Source: Mobula birostris
Lineage: Eukaryota
NCBI RefSeq assembly: GCF_030028105.1
Contig: NC_092374.1
Coordinates: 178,460,057-178,524,056, forward strand
Direction: 5' to 3'
Length of the DNA stretch: 64,000 nucleotides
In this document: positions 1 through 12,929 of the stretch, one piece after another
How the letters are laid out: every line of letters starts with the position of its first letter
Numbering within the stretch: position 1 is the stretch's first letter
Notes under the pieces: generated by a model
Databases searched by the model: none
What the model saw: only the letters and a program-made list of their open reading frames with translations
Told to the model about the DNA's origin: nothing
Translations under genes and position numbers: made by a program

Positions 1-2210
1 TATATTTTATGCCCTGATTAATAAATCCTGTAGGCTTTCTTTACCACCCTGTCTATCACTTTGAAAGAGCTGATCAAGTAGCTCCATTCTTCTCTTACAC
101 GCCTCTGAACGTTTCTTTCTTCAAAAAACATGTCCCATGTTCTTGCTGAAAGTTATTATTTACAAGGTTACAGTATCTTCAGATTTTCTCTTGTTTGTGT
201 TCAGTCGTAAGAAGCAATTATGAGTTATGGGCCAAAGAAACATAATAGACGCTCAAGGAAAGAAACAACTGAGAAGTGATTCGGCCTATGGGTCAAGACC
301 TTCCTGGCTGAGAAATGACTGATATTCAGAGAAGTCATAGACCCTTACCGAACAAAAACAGGCCCATCTGCACAACTGGTCTATGCCAACCAAGATTCCT
401 AACATGGCCCATATACTACCAAACATTTCCTGTCTATCTACTGGTTCCAGTGATTTTTTTTTGTTTAAAATGTTGTTAATGTAGCTGCCAAAACCATTTT
501 CTCTTGCATCTCCTTCCCTGTGCTGACAACTTCTGCTTGAGAATGTTGGCCCTCCGGTTTCTATTATATTTTTCACTAATCACCTTAAACCTTTGTCCTA
601 AAGTTCCTGATGCCCAAATCCTGGAAAAGAGATTGTGCGTTCATCCTCTCTATGCTCTTTATGATTTTATACGTTATTCTATATATCTCAACCTCTTACA
701 TTCAAGGGAAAATAATGGCAAGCTATGCTACTTCCCCTTCTAATTCAAGTGTACCTTTCTTGGCAACATCCTTGAGAATATTTTGTACACCTTTTCCAGT
801 TTAATGACTTCCTTCCTTTGTCAATATGCATAAGATCACCCCATTCTCCTCAGCTCCAGTGAATAAGACATCGCCCGCACCATACATGCTTTCTTCTTCC
901 CCCATCTTCTGCTGAGCAGAAGGTAAGGAAGCCTGAAAGCACACACTGATGATCAAGGACAGCTTCTATTTTGCTGTTATAACAGTATTGTAGAGTTCCA
1001 TAGTACGGCACATTTAACCTTTGATGTCACGATCAACCGTATTGTGGCCCTTGCTCCTTACTGTGTGCCTGCTCTCTACTTCCTCTGTAACTGTTACAAG
1101 TTGCTTTGCATTCTGTTATTTTTGCCCCTTGTATTATCTCAATGTGCAATTGTAATGCAATTATCTGTGGATGGCATGCAGTACAAAGATTTTTCAGTGT
1201 ACCTTGGTACATGTGACAACAATTTAAAATATTACCAATTTACCAATCTTTACTTGGTGAGTAGGAGCCGGGGAGCCTCGTGGTGCAGGTCCTTTGCTGG
1301 GGCTGATGGTGACACTTACGATGATGATTAAAGTGGTGTAGAGGAGCAGCAAGGAGAGAGTCAAGACTTTAGTGCAGGTGGGTAAACACGCAGGTCCTTT
1401 CACTAATCCTGCTTGCCGTCACAGTATTGCTCAACCAATCTCTTCTCGTTTTCCTTTTGCAGGTGGGTGTTTGGCCCAAATCTCAAGCTCAGCTCTGAAC
1501 ACAAGCTGGATCCTCTGCCTGGTTTTGTGATTAATGGTTCAACACTTAAGCAAGCTTAGTGTTGGCTCCAGTGCGGGAAATGCTTAGCTGAATCTTCTGC
1601 CACCTTACAGCTCGTCTGTTTTGCAATGTTATAACTTTTTCTTACATCTCACTCAGCGATCAGGTTTCAGTGTTGTGGTGTGTTGAAGTTTCAACTTCTC
1701 ATTCGTAAAGCCCTACTTGACCTGAATAGCTCTTCCCAACCCTAACGCCAATGCAATACTGTATATCAGACCATTGGTGTGAGGAACTACTGCCAAGGCA
1801 AGTTAGTGGGATAAAGCAGTGGAAGATTTACTGGGCATTTGGAAAGACCTGAATGGAAGAGTGAATTCCTGTTGTGAACTCTGGATACCTAAGAAGAATT
1901 CTTCCCTTAATATGAGATTGGGAGGGTCCAACATTTTCTTTAAAATAGGAACAGAAACCCCTGTATATTGGTGCAATTTGGGTTGATGTAGAGTTAAAAA
2001 TTAATCTGAGGTTCATAGAGTGGTGTAAATATGCCCACTATCCCTGCTGGCGGTTTGGACAGATCTGTGTTCTTTCCTCTGGAGTGTTGGAGGCATGGTA
2101 AGCCTGATGGGCATTTATATAATCCTCAGCAGCACCAGACAGAGGGTAGTCAGTCTTTTTCCCAGCCTAGAAATGTCCAATGTTAGAGAGCATCACTTTA
2201 GTTTAAAGGA
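1..2210 (+). repeat. Copy 1 of an inverted segmental duplication (partner ~15560-18290, minus)
   Basis: Colinear similarity by eye through a CR1 piece, unique intron sequence, antisense CR1, sense LINE tail, tail exon, mini-intron, 3' UTR and a further CR1 piece. Confidence 0.85.
1265..1341 (+). CDS. Last coding exon of a plus-strand paralog ('gene A'; upstream exons outside the window): GAGEPRGAGPLLGLMVTLTMMIKVV*
   Basis: Acceptor tggtgagtag| at 1264; 77 nt to TAG (1339-1341), identical in length to gene B exon 5. Donor CAG|GTGGGT at 1378, 85-nt intron to ttttgcag (1462). Flanks align with the gene B flanks. Confidence 0.75.
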
Positions 2211-2589
2211 GTTGTTCTTTTTTAATATGCTAAGTCTGGTAGATGCCTGGAATGCATTACCAGGCGTGATGGTGCAAACAGACATCATACTGGTCATTAA
2301 AAGGCATTTAGACAGACACATGGACCTGTGAGAACGAAGGGATAGGGACCATGCGCAGACAGATACTTAGTTTAATTAGGCATCATGAATAGCACGGTCA
2401 TTATAGGCTGAAGGGCCTATTGCAGTGCTGTAATGTTTTCTGTTCTAAGGTCTAATGCGGTTATTTCCCTGGATCATGTGTACTGTTTGCTATTATGACT
2501 GAAGTGTCAGCCTTTGCTATTGCCTTGTCGATATCACTGGTTGGGTCGAGGAGGACTCTCAGCTTGTTATCTGAAGGCACTATCACACA

Positions 2590-2720
2590 GCAAGTAGAGC
2601 AAAGCCTCTCTACTCCAGTGACACGGGTTCAATCCTGATCTCCAGCATGGTCCGTGTGGAGTTTGCACATTCTTCCTGTGACGGGTCATGGTCTTCTCAT
2701 CCAGAAATATCTTGGTAGAC
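2590..2720 (+). mobile_element. tRNA-derived SINE fragment (V-SINE/HE1-like)
   Basis: B-box-like GGTTCAATCC followed by gtgtggagtttgcacattct...tgtgac; a related antisense piece lies at ~30960-31060. Confidence 0.5.
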
Positions 2721-3489
2721 ATTCAGACATCATGAGGCATGGGATCCATAGAAACCTGTCTGCATGGATACGGAATTGGCTTGCCCAAAGAAGGCAGAGG
2801 GTGGTAGTGGTTGGAACGTATTATGTCTGGAGGGAGATTGAACAGTGGAATGTACAGCATAGGAACAGGCTATTTGACTCATAATTTGTACCAAACCAAT
2901 TAAAAAGCAAATCAAAAACACCCAAACACTAATCCGTCCTACCTACATTGTCCATTTCCCTCCATCCTCCTTATATCCATGTGCCTATCCAAACGTCTCT
3001 TAACTGCCTCTAATGTGTTTGCCTCTACCACCATGCCAGGCATCCACAACTCTCAGTAAAGGAACACCTCTCACGTCCCCCTTGAACCTACCCCATCTCA
3101 CCTTCAATGCATGCCCTCTGGTATTAGACATTTCAACCTTGGGAATGGATACTCTCTGTCCACTCTATATATGCCTCACACAATCATGTAAACCTCAGTC
3201 AGATCTGCCCTCATCCTCTGACGCTCCAGAGAAAGCAACCCAAGTTTATCCAGCATCTCATGTTAGCACACGCCCTTTAAACCAGGCAACACCCTGGTGA
3301 AGCTCTTCTGCACCCTCTCCAAAGTCCCGACATCCTTTATATAATGGGGCTACCAGAACTGTCTGCCATACTCAGGATGTGGCCGAACCAGAGTTTTATA
3401 AAGTTGCAGCATAACCTCCTGATTTTTGAACTCATTGCCTCCACTAATAAGAGCAAACATTCCATTGCCTTCTTAACCAATGTACTGTT

Positions 3490-3800
3490 CACAGCTGAAT
3501 TTAAAGTGCTCCAGCACTTGGATCCAAACATGCAGAATCCAAGTGTGCTTGCCTCTTCACAACTCAGGAACTTGGCGTTAATAGTTAATGTGATAAATAT
3601 TTCAACATTTATAAAATATTTCATCCTGTCTGAAAGATAAAGACAAGCATTGATTCAGGAGAAATTAAAAACCTGCTCTAATTTTACTCCATCTGGAATA
3701 AACCAATCAGAATTACTGATACGTGTAGTTAAACTATTAAAATACCATCGAGATAAAGACAAACATTGATTCAAATAATTATCCAGGAGAAATTAAAAAA
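3490..3800 (+). repeat. AT-rich ~300-bp segment duplicated in direct orientation at ~6970-7260
   Basis: Shared cagctgaatttaaagtgct...cagaatccaa...tgcttgcctctt...aagataaag.caagcatt...gagaaattaaaaa..tgctctaattttactccatctggaa. Copy 1 also has an internal ~45-bp duplication. Confidence 0.8.
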
Positions 3801-4189
3801 CATACTTTTCCAGTACACTGTGGAATTGATCCTTAAACATCCTTCACATGTCTAATGTGGACTTGTCAGAGGAGGGTGTTTCCAATTAGCACTTCTTAGT
3901 TCCTGCCTAGTGCCCTCATAATTTAGTCTACTCTAATTTAAAACTCTCCACAAGGACCATACCTAACTTTATCGATACCTGTACTTATACTGAAAGTTGA
4001 GAAGTAGTGGTCACTGCTCCCTAACTGTCCCCATCCACTGAAAGATCAGTCACCCGGCCAGGCTCATGACCCAACAGCAGGTCCAATATGGCCTCTCCAC
4101 TCATTGGACTGTCCGCATATGGATTGAAGAATCCTTTCTGAATACACTGAACAAATTCAACTCCATCTGGCATTCATACCCTATATTCC

Positions 4190-6740
4190 CTCTGACCTTC
4201 ACCTGTCTGGGGCAGAAAGTTCAGTCCTCAGCAAAGGCCTTCCCTTTGTATCCCGCACCCACTCCTCAGTGAATTCCATGACCGCTATGATACTGAGCTC
4301 TTCCTCTGCCGCTTCCTTCTCCGTGCCTACTTCTTTGGCAAGGACTCTCCAGCTTGCACTGATAAGTCCTTCTCCCGTCCAACCCTCCTCCTCTTCCTGG
4401 ACTCCCTGCTTGGGTCTCCTGCCTGCTCTATATCTTTTCATTGCTAACTGCCTACGAGACATCAACCGTCTTGACTTTACCACTCCTCTCTCCAATCCTA
4501 ACCTCACCAACAAACCCACAGATAAGTGCTGTTCTGTAGTAGTCTGACAGAGTGACCTTTACATTTGTGAGGCCAGTCAACAACTCTCAGACACCTCCTC
4601 TTATTTACCCCTCAAACAGACCCCACTAAGGAGCACCAGCCCATTGTCACCTGCACCATCACTGACTTTATTAACTCTGGGGGCTCCCATCCACTGCCAC
4701 CAACCTCATAGTTTCCTTACCCCACACCTCCCATTTCTACCATCTTCCCAATGCCCATCAACCTGCCTGTCCAAATAGAACCATCGTTTCTTCTGGTTCC
4801 TGCCCCACAAAATTTATATCTGCATACCTTGACTTTGTTTCTCCCCCCAGTTCAGTCCCTTCCGACCTATATCTGTGATACATCACACGCTCTTGATCTT
4901 TTCAATGACTTCAAGGTCCCTGGCCCTGGTCATCTCATTTTCACTATGGGTGTCCAGTCCCTATGCACCTCCATCCCCATCAGGCCTCAAAGCCCTCCTT
5001 GCTGGACCCCAGACCCAACCAGTTCCCTTCCACCACCACTCTACTCTATCTGACAGACTTGTTCCTCACTCTCAATTATTTCTCCTTTGTCTCCTCCCAC
5101 TTCCCCCACAAAAGGTGTAGCCATGGGGATTTGCATGGGGCCCAGCCAATGTTCCCTCTAATTTGTAATGACCAGTGTGCACAAAAATCTTGTGCTGTGC
5201 AATTTTTTACTCAGTGACAACTACATGTGCGCACTAAATAACTTCGTCAATAGAAATAGCATAAATAAGCCTGCAGGCAAATCATTGCAATCTCTACGTT
5301 GTCAAAACTGTCTGCTTCAGAAACTGTAAAATGAAATGTGATTGCGAACAATCATAAAAAATATTTAGCATGCCAACAAGGTAGAAGGTAGAAGGTGACA
5401 ACCTTCTTTTGCACAATTTGAGTTCCTTTGTGTGCTAGTAGCAAAAGATGTGTGCACTTCACGGGGAACATTGGTCCCAGCTATGCCTGCCTTTTTGCTG
5501 GCTACGTGGAACACTCTATGTTCCAAGCCCTCATCGGTATCACTCCCCAACTTTTCCTACGCTACATCGAAGATACATTAGGGCTGCTTCCTGCACCCAT
5601 GTAGAGCTCATTGACTTCATCAACTTTGCATCCATCTTCCACCCTGCCCACAAATTTACCTGATCCATTTCCAACACCTCCCTCCCCTTTCTCAATCTCT
5701 CTGCTTGTATCTCTGGAGACAGTTTATCCACTGAAATCTTTTATAAACCCACTGATTCTCACAGCTACCTGCACTGCACCTCATACCACCCTGTAACTTG
5801 TAAAATTGCCACTCCTTCTCTCAAATCTTCCATCTCTACTGCACCTGCTCTCAAGATGAGGATATTCATTCTGGAACAATTGAAATGTCCTCCTTCTTCA
5901 AAGAAAGGGGCTTTCCTTCCTCCACAATCAATGCTGCCCTCGCCCACATCTCTTCCATTTCACACATGTCTGCCCTCACTCCATTCCCCCATCATCCTAC
6001 CAGAGATAGGATTCCTCTTGTCCTCACCTACCAACCCACCAGCCTCAGCATTCGGTACATGATTCTACGCAACTTCCACCATCTCCAACAGGATTCCACC
6101 ACCAAGCACACCTTTCCCTTCACCAGAAAAAGCAGGAATTCCCAGGGCCACCCATTTCAATTCTACTTCCCCTTCTGATGTGTCAGTCCATGTCCTCCTC
6201 TGCTGCCATGATGAGGCCTCACTCAGCTGGAGGAGTAATATCTTATATTCTGTCTGGATAGCCTCCAACCTGATGGCATGAACATCGATTTCTTGAACTT
6301 CTAGTAATTGACGCCCCCTTCACCATTTCCCGTTCCCGTTTCCCTCTATCACCTAATCTGCTTACCTGTCCATCACCTCCCCTGGTACTCCTTCTCCTTC
6401 ACTTCCCTCCATGGCCTTCTGTCCTCTCCAAGCAGACTTCCCCTTCTACAACACTTTCTCTCTTTCACCAGTCAACTTCCCAGCTCTTTACTCCACCCCT
6501 CACCCTCTCCAGGTGTCACCTATCATCTACTACCTTCCACTTCTTCCTCCCCTCCCCTAACGTCATACGCTGACTTCCCATCTCTTTATTTCTAGTCCCA
6601 ATGAAGGGTATCGGCCCAAAATGTCAACTGTTTACTCTTTTCCATAGATGCTTCCTGTCCTGTTGAGTTCCTCCAGCATATTGTGTGTATTATTTTGATT
6701 TCCAGCATCCGCAGATTTTCTCTTGTATGTGATTCAACCC
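4190..6740 (+). mobile_element. Degenerate Penelope-like retroelement interrupted by a hAT MITE
   Basis: RT remnants (FTMGVQSLCTSIP, LTLNYFSF, DFINFASIFHP) and the family 3' end shared with copies at ~28540-29190, 36590-37170, 40780-41230 and 54500-55570. Confidence 0.7.
5147..5473. mobile_element. Non-autonomous hAT-type MITE (327 bp)
   Basis: TIR CAATGTTCCC (5147) / GGGAACATTG (5464-5473); 8-bp TSD GGCCCAGC / GTCCCAGC (7 of 8 match). Confidence 0.85.
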
Positions 6741-7339
6741 CACCTGAACCCCTTTCACTAAGAAGGTCCCAGTTTGTATAAGGGAAGTTGAAATCCCCCA
6801 TGACAATAACATTTTTAAAAATCAAATGATTTTTATTTAGTTATTAACTACAGAAATTTATTAAATTAGAGGAAAATCTAAAATGATTTATAGAAAATCT
6901 TTAAAAATTGAAATTCAACCCCAAATTGCACATTACCACATGGCAAACATGTTTCAATGACAGAACACATCGCAGCTGAATTTAAAGTGCTGCAGATTTT
7001 TGGAACTAGACATTCAGAATCCAACACTGCTTGCCTCTTTCACAAACTCAGTATCTCAACTTAAATGATGGTTAATATGATGAAAATTTAATCATCTGTA
7101 AAATATTAAGTCATGTCTAAAAGATAAAGGCAAGCATTCATTCAAATAATCTTCCAAGAGAAATTAAAAATGTGCTCTAATTTTACTCCATCTGGAAAAA
7201 ACCAACCAGAAAAACCGATACAGTTATGCCATGAAAATACCATCAAATACTCTCCTTCTCTCACATAGAAAGAATTGTGCAACCGGCAAGATGTGATTTG
7301 AAGAAGTCAGTACACCAATGAACTTTCTGGGATTAATCA

Positions 7340-10060
7340 TAGAGTCATGGAGAAGTACAGCATAGAAACAGGCCCTTCAGCCCATCTAGTCCATGCCAAA
7401 ACCATTTAAACTGCCTATTCCAATTGACCTACTCCGGGACCATAGCCCTCCATATCCCTACTCTCCACGTACCTATCCATACTTCTGTTAAGCATTGAAA
7501 TTGAGCTTGCATGAACCACTTGTGCCAGAAGCTCATTCCACACCCTCACAATGCCCTGGGTGAAGAACTTTCTCCTCGTGTTCCTCTTAAACTTCTCACC
7601 TGTCACTCTTAAGCCAGGTGTAGTACCAGCCAACCTCAGTGAAAAAGAAAGCCTGTTTGTATTTACCCTATCTATGCCCCTCATAATTTTGTATACCTCT
7701 ATCAAATCTCCTCTCAGTCTTCTAAATTCTAAAGAATACATTCCTAACATATTTAATCTTTCCTTATATCTCAGGTCCTCTTACCCTCCCCCTCCCCCAT
7801 ACTCTTGTAGATTTTCTCTTTCAACCTTGTTTACATCTTTCCTGATTAAAACTACACACAATGCTCCAAATTAGGCCTCCCCAACATTTCATACAACTTC
7901 AAAATAACATCCCATCTTCTGTACTCAATACTTTGGTTTATGAAGGCCAAAATGTCAAAACCTTCCTTTACAACACCATCTACCTGGAACACCACTTTCC
8001 AAGAATAATGGACCTGTATTCCCAGATCCCTTTTTTTTCTAACACACTTGTCCGTGCCCTACCATTGACTGTGTAAGACCTACCCTGGCTGGCCCAGCCA
8101 AAGTGCAACCCCTCACACTTGTCTGCGCTAAATTGCATCTGCCATTTTTCAGCCCACTTTTCCAGCTGATGCAGATCTGTCTGCAAGCCATGATAACCTT
8201 CCTCACTGTCCACTACACCCCAAGCCTTGGTATCATCCACAAATTTGCTGATCCAGTTAACTACATTATCATCCAGATCATTGATATAGATGACAAACAA
8301 CAAAGGACTCAGCACCGATCCCTGCAGAACACCACTAGTCACAGGCCTCCAGTCAGAGGTGCAATTGTCTACCACTGCTCTCTGGCTTCTCCCACAAAGC
8401 CAATGACTAATCCAATTTACTACCTCATCCTGAATACTGAGCAACTGAATCTACTACACATGAAGCCATGCTAACTATCCTTAATTATTCCATGTCTATC
8501 AAAATACTTGTATATCCAGTCCCTTAGAATACCTTCCAATAAATTTTCCACAACTTATGTCAAACTCACCGACCTATAGTTTCCTTGTTTCTATTTATAG
8601 CCTTTTCTAAACAGCAGAAACTAAACACTGGCTATCCTCCAGTCGTCTGGTACCTCTCCTGTTGTTAAGGAGGTTTAAAATATCTCAGCTAGGACCCTGG
8701 CAAGTTCTGCACTTCCCTCCTATAGGGTCTGAGCGAATATCTTGTAAGACCCTGGGATTATATACACACTGATTTCCCTCAGGGTAACAAACACCTCCTC
8801 CTCTATAACCTGCAAAGGGTCTGTGAAGTTGATGCTGCTTTGCCTCACTTCTATTGACTCTGTGTCTGTCTTCCGAGTAAATACAGATGCAAAGAATGTA
8901 TTGAAGATCTCCCTCATCTGTTTCAGCTCCACACATGGATTACTATTCTGGTCTTCCAGAGGACCAATGTTGTCCCTTGCAATCCTTTTGCTCTTAACAT
9001 ATCTATAGAATCCTTCGGGATTCTCCTTCACCTTCTCTGCTTGAGCAACTTCATGTCTTCTTTTAGCCTTCCCGATTTTTTTCTTGAGTGTTCTCTTGCA
9101 CTTCTTATACTCCATAAGCACCTCATTTGTTCCTCCCTGCCTGTGCCTGCTAGACACCTCCTTTTTCTCTTAACCAGGGCCTCAATATTTCTTGAAAACC
9201 AAGGTTCCCTGCACCTGTTATCTTTACCATTTATATGACAAGTACATACAAGCTTTGTACTCTCAAAGTTTGTTTTTGAAGGCCTCTCACTTTCCAAGTA
9301 CACCTTTGCCAGAAAACGGCAATTCACAATCCACACTTACCAGATTCTTTCTTATACCACCAAAATTAGCCTTTCTCCAATTTAGAATCTCAGCCCGTGC
9401 ACTAGACCTTTCTTTTTGTATATTTACCTTGAAAATAATGGCATTATGGGCATTGGATGCAAAATGTTGCCCTATACAAACTTATGTCACCTGCCCTGTA
9501 TCATTTCCTAACAGCAGATCCAGTATCTATAAGACCGTAAGACACAGGAGCAGAATTCGGCCATCTGGTCCATCAAGTCTTTTCTGACATTCAATCATGG
9601 TTGATTATTTTTTCTTCTCCTCCTCAACCCCAGTTCATGGCTTTCTCCCTGTAACCTTTGATGCCATGTCCAATCAACATCCTATCAATCTCTGCCTTAA
9701 GTACACCCAATGACCCGGCCTCCACAGCAGCATGTGGCAACAAATTCCACAAATTCACCACCCTTTGAGGGGAATGGCCACAGGGGTGCTCTGCTCTAAC
9801 TGCCTATTTCCATTTCTACTAACAGTCACCCAGCTATTCACCTGCAATTTCAGGGTAACTACTTCCCTGTAACTTTGATCAGTTATGTCCTCACTCTCCC
9901 GTACAAGCCAAAGGTCATCCAGTTGCTGCTCCAGATCCCTAACATGGTCTTCAAGGAGCTGCAGGCAGATGCATTTCATGCAGATGTAGATCTCCAGGAG
10001 ATTCTGGGTCTCCCAGTTCTCCAACATCTGGCACGAAGAGCGCATCACAGCTATTTAAAT
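7340..10060 (-). mobile_element. Degenerate CR1 LINE (ORF1 remnant, ORF2 RT fragments, 3' tail)
   Basis: Fragments SGVLQGSVLSPLLFVIYINDLD...ISKFVDDTK (7980-8444), YSLEFRRLRGDLIEVYKIM (7415-7750), ORF1-like LQLLEDHVRDLEQQLDDL (9755-10048). Confidence 0.88.
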
Positions 10061-10289
10061 GGTACAGTAAAAGAGGAAACAAAAAACAAAAAGGAAACCT
10101 TAACAGACGCTTCATAGTCCAACCCAACCTCAGCTTAAAAGTATATTGCTTAAAGGGAAATTACACGCTGCAGATTGCAGTGAGAATAATTCAAAAGAGG
10201 TATATTTAGAAGTATTGTACATAGCCCACAAAATGTCACCGTGATTCACCGGCACCATATTGTAACCTCACCAAACCCCAGTTTTAGAG

Positions 10290-11020
10290 TCACCCCATAA
10301 TGTCTGTGTGGCATATCATGGCGAAGGCCTTTTCCTGGACCAACCTGACATGGCAGACATCCAGCCCTCTCTTCTGCACGTACTCGACGATATCCCTGAG
10401 TAGCTCGAGTCTGTCAGAGATCATCCTGCCTGGTGCAGAATACTGAAGAGAAGTGCTGCGGGAGCTCTGCACTGTCAGAGCAGCGGTATTTCGTAACTTC
10501 AGCAGTGATCGGAGACAATACTGAGAGAGCACTGCAGAGTGAAGCGAACGGCACTGATGGGCTTGTTGAGGTCTCTGTCGGTCAGCGTCGACCGTGGATG
10601 TGGCATCCTAGCTGTCTAGATACGCAAGCCTGTGCAGTATAATGTGGAGAACGAGTTGTTGCCCATGTAGCAAGCTCCCTCTCTCCAGGCATCTGCAGAA
10701 CCGAAAGGAGCAACAGGGACCGATACATTTTGGCAGCAGCTGCTTCGCAGGATTTGCCAGTCAGCGATAAACTCAACGTAGGGACTGTAGCTCCAGATTT
10801 TCCCTCATGGGTTTACTCCCAAAGCCTTCCCCATGAGTGGGTATAGCTGCAAGGCAGCAGAAGTTTGAGATCAGAGTTTTCCCTCTCCTAGATAAATTGC
10901 CAACCACGGCTGACGAGACACTTTTCCTGAAGGGACCGGTTTTAAAGTGCCAGTAACGCAGCTTTGGTCCTTCTCCTGGCAGTAGAAACAGTTCCGCTGG
11001 GCTTGGTAGCCACACATGAA
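10290..11020 (-). mobile_element. Tx1/L1-like LINE RT fragment
   Basis: PGRMISDRLELLRDIVEYVQKRGLDVCHVRLVQEKAF resembles the Tx1-clade RT motif GRxIxDNxxLxRD...xLDQEKAFD; frameshifted. Confidence 0.6.
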
Positions 11021-11485
11021 GATCAGGAACTGGACTTGGTTGTCAGGCTATTTGAGTCGCACCCCACTGGGAGAATTTAATAGATAGGGGCAGCTCATTC
11101 CCATTACCACCCCGGCGACAACAACCTTAAGGAACTAAGCGATGAACGTCTGCACTGTTAGAAGAGCAATAAAGTAACACTCCAATAATCACCTAACTGG
11201 CTTTTCAGAGATCACAAAGGTTCAGTATCCGGCTCACCAGGTAATATTTGCCGGGTTCCCTCTCACTCACTGAAACCCTGCTTCCTCCGTTCCATTTTGA
11301 AACCCGTTTCCTGCGCATCTTTTCTACTTGCCTGGTTCATGACAAAATGTATTATCAGATTATGTAATATTTCTTTAAAACGAGATAGGAGGCTGGTGAG
11401 ATACCAATACAAATAATCCTGAGAACCTGCTGATCGAACCCCACCAGATAACCCCAGAACACTGGGTTATCAGGGTTTTAATGTG

Positions 11486-12081
11486 CAGGTCGTCCCCGGG
11501 TTACGACAGGGTCCAGGTCCTGAGAACTGGCCATCACCCGGGTTCCTTTGTGTGTGGGGGAGGGTTGTGGGAACAGAAGAAAGGGGAGAACGATGCAGAC
11601 ACGGGAACAGCGGCCGCCAGAGAGTTACATCCATGCCTCGGTGTCCCTGGAGAAGGTGTATACATGTATACACGACCATTGCTTTTTCAGGGACTGGTGG
11701 GCACCTCAGGGGCTCATGTGTGTTTTGGACAGTCATGACCGTATTATAATATGAAACTGTAAATAGTGTGTATGTCCTGTAAAATGTATAATATTGATTG
11801 TAATCATACGAATAAACCTTGGTTTAAAAATAACGTGCGCCCATCAGCTGGCCTTGTTGACTCAGTGAGAGATGGAGCGAGTCTGCTCAGCTCTACACAG
11901 AGCCCAATTAGTGCGACTTTGGGTGGGGAGAGTGCAGGCACGGTAGATGCCCCGTACCCTCCCCGCAGAAGGTGCCTGTAGCTCCGTATAAGCTCCTATC
12001 CACCTTGGTCTGGCAAATGCACGATTCCATGAGTGTTTATAAGTGTCCATAAATCGGGCGTTTGCAACTGGGGAGTGCCTG
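11486..12081. mobile_element. TcMar-Tigger-like non-autonomous DNA transposon (~600 bp)
   Basis: Imperfect TIRs CAGGTCGTCCCCGGGTTACG (11486) and CAGGCACTCCCCAGTTGC (reverse complement, ending 12081); TA TSD not intact. Confidence 0.55.
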
Positions 12082-12929
12082 TTCCGCGAACATAAAAAGA
12101 GAACCCCCAAGAATTCCAGCCTCAGCACAAGCAAAGTGCTGAAGGAAATCCACAGGCCAGGACCCAGGTGAATCTCGACCGCATTCCCTCCATAGTAAGA
12201 CCTGTGAAGCTCCGATATCCCAGTGCGCTCAAGACTTCAGAGGAACCAGACTATCAGAATTTCACGAGTACTGAATGTAACCCAATGTAATATCCCAATG
12301 CGTTTTCAACTCTTTTAAAGATCTTACGCAATGTTATGATAAATTTTCCTGTGACCCCGGAAGAGTGCACGGGATTAAGAGCCTGGTCAATTTCCAGGGA
12401 GCCTGGCATCCGGGACCCTAACAAGTTTCTGGGGAGGCCGAGAACGGGAACTCCGGTACTGTTCCGGGGACCCTGTCAATTTCAGTAGAGAATAACGGAC
12501 AGAGTTTGAAGGGAACTCAGAAAATAGACATTGAAGGGAAAACAGAAGTAGAGACCCAAGGGAGTCGCCTCGAACTATGGGAATTGAGGCAACGGTGAGG
12601 TTCGGGGAGCAAGGGAAGTGTTATCTGCGACCCAGATACTGAAACATCAGATTAATCAAAATCTTACCTTGTATATCTCCTCCCTGGAGTATGAACGCAC
12701 AATTTTTGGACAAACCTAAATGAACTTATTCACGAAATTTCAATTTGACTGAAAGTTTCCTATAATTTTTAAAACAATTTTAAAGCAATTTTAGTACCTC
12801 GCTCACTTTAGAGCTGAGCTTCACGGTTGAGTTTGTGAGCCAAATCTAGTGATCTGGCTTTAGCCAGTGTGGTCAGAGCCTGACCACGCTTGCAGGCTCT
12901 TCAAGAATGTGCTCAATTTCCCACTTCTG

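Noticed and set aside
3337-3624. Small Cys-containing secreted-peptide-like ORF
   Set aside because: The duplicate at ~6970-7120 has several stops in the same frame, and the ORF's 3' half runs into CR1 sequence.
11470-11754. Four overlapping ORFs on both strands
   Set aside because: GC-rich interior of a Tigger-like element; no recognisable domain.
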